From assembly GCF_009914755.1 (NCBI RefSeq), contig NC_060933.1: a stretch of 64,000 nucleotides of DNA; one strand, written 5' to 3'. Positions 63,527 to 64,000 of the stretch are shown here, piece after piece. The position numbers and the translations under genes are program-made. Numbering within the stretch: the first letter of the stretch is position 1; each line of letters begins with the position of its first letter. A model generated the notes under the pieces. That model did no database searches. It had not been told where the DNA came from and saw only the letters and a list, made by a program, of their open reading frames with translations. This stretch comes from the human T2T-CHM13v2.0 reference genome, Homo sapiens.

Positions 63527-64000
63527 CTACCACATTAGGCTGTGAACATATAAGTTAATGAAGGATTTTTAGAGAGATGATAGTGTACAATTTTCAGTTA
63601 TATTTCATATCCCTGAAAGCATGTAAGAAAAAATAGGGGCAAATGAAATATTCCCAGGTGAGTGGACCCCATCAACCCAAGGACTGGCAGGACGTCAGTG
63701 ATGCTGGGGTAAGGGAGGTTGTCAGGGTTGGATAAATGCGTGGTTCCTGGGGCCATGAAGCCACTAGAAGGCAGCGTTGGTCTGCTACATTCTGGGGCAC
63801 AAATAACCTGGTGTTTGTAGAGGCGGAGGACTAGTCCACCAAATGAAGTAATAGCTTATTCAAATGGACTCAGCAGCTTGTGGGAGGAAGATCAAGCTGA
63901 GCAAGCCCATTCAGCGACCCTGCCAAAGGTTGTCCCAACTTCAGCCCGCTGCTGTTATCGCCCCCAGCTTCCAAGCTAGGTAAGAGCTGTGTGCTTGTTG

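Overview
Primate (very likely human) genomic DNA that is mostly interspersed repeats: 29 Alu copies or fragments, old L1/L2/MIR pieces, LTR relics and hAT-type DNA transposon relics. One spliced protein-coding gene is supported on the minus strand. Coding exons 40180-40038 and 31050-30957 join through canonical GT-AG sites (phase 2) into a 78-aa [82 protein letters not shown] recognise this from memory as FAM240B (human 9p13), not from a database search. It has a probable non-coding first exon and TATA box near 56.2-56.35 kb and two candidate poly(A) signals near 30.5-30.7 kb. Other notable items: a U6 snRNA/L1 chimeric retropseudogene, a twin-primed inverted L1PA next to the last exon, a tail-to-tail Alu composite inside one target-site duplication, a CpG-retaining Alu beside a small CpG-rich element, an excess of AluY-type copies, and a CxxCH motif in the microprotein. 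Nearly all other ORFs in the track are repeat-derived or chance. I see no evidence of a new multi-gene system. Repeat subfamily names are from recall and boundaries of old repeats are approximate.
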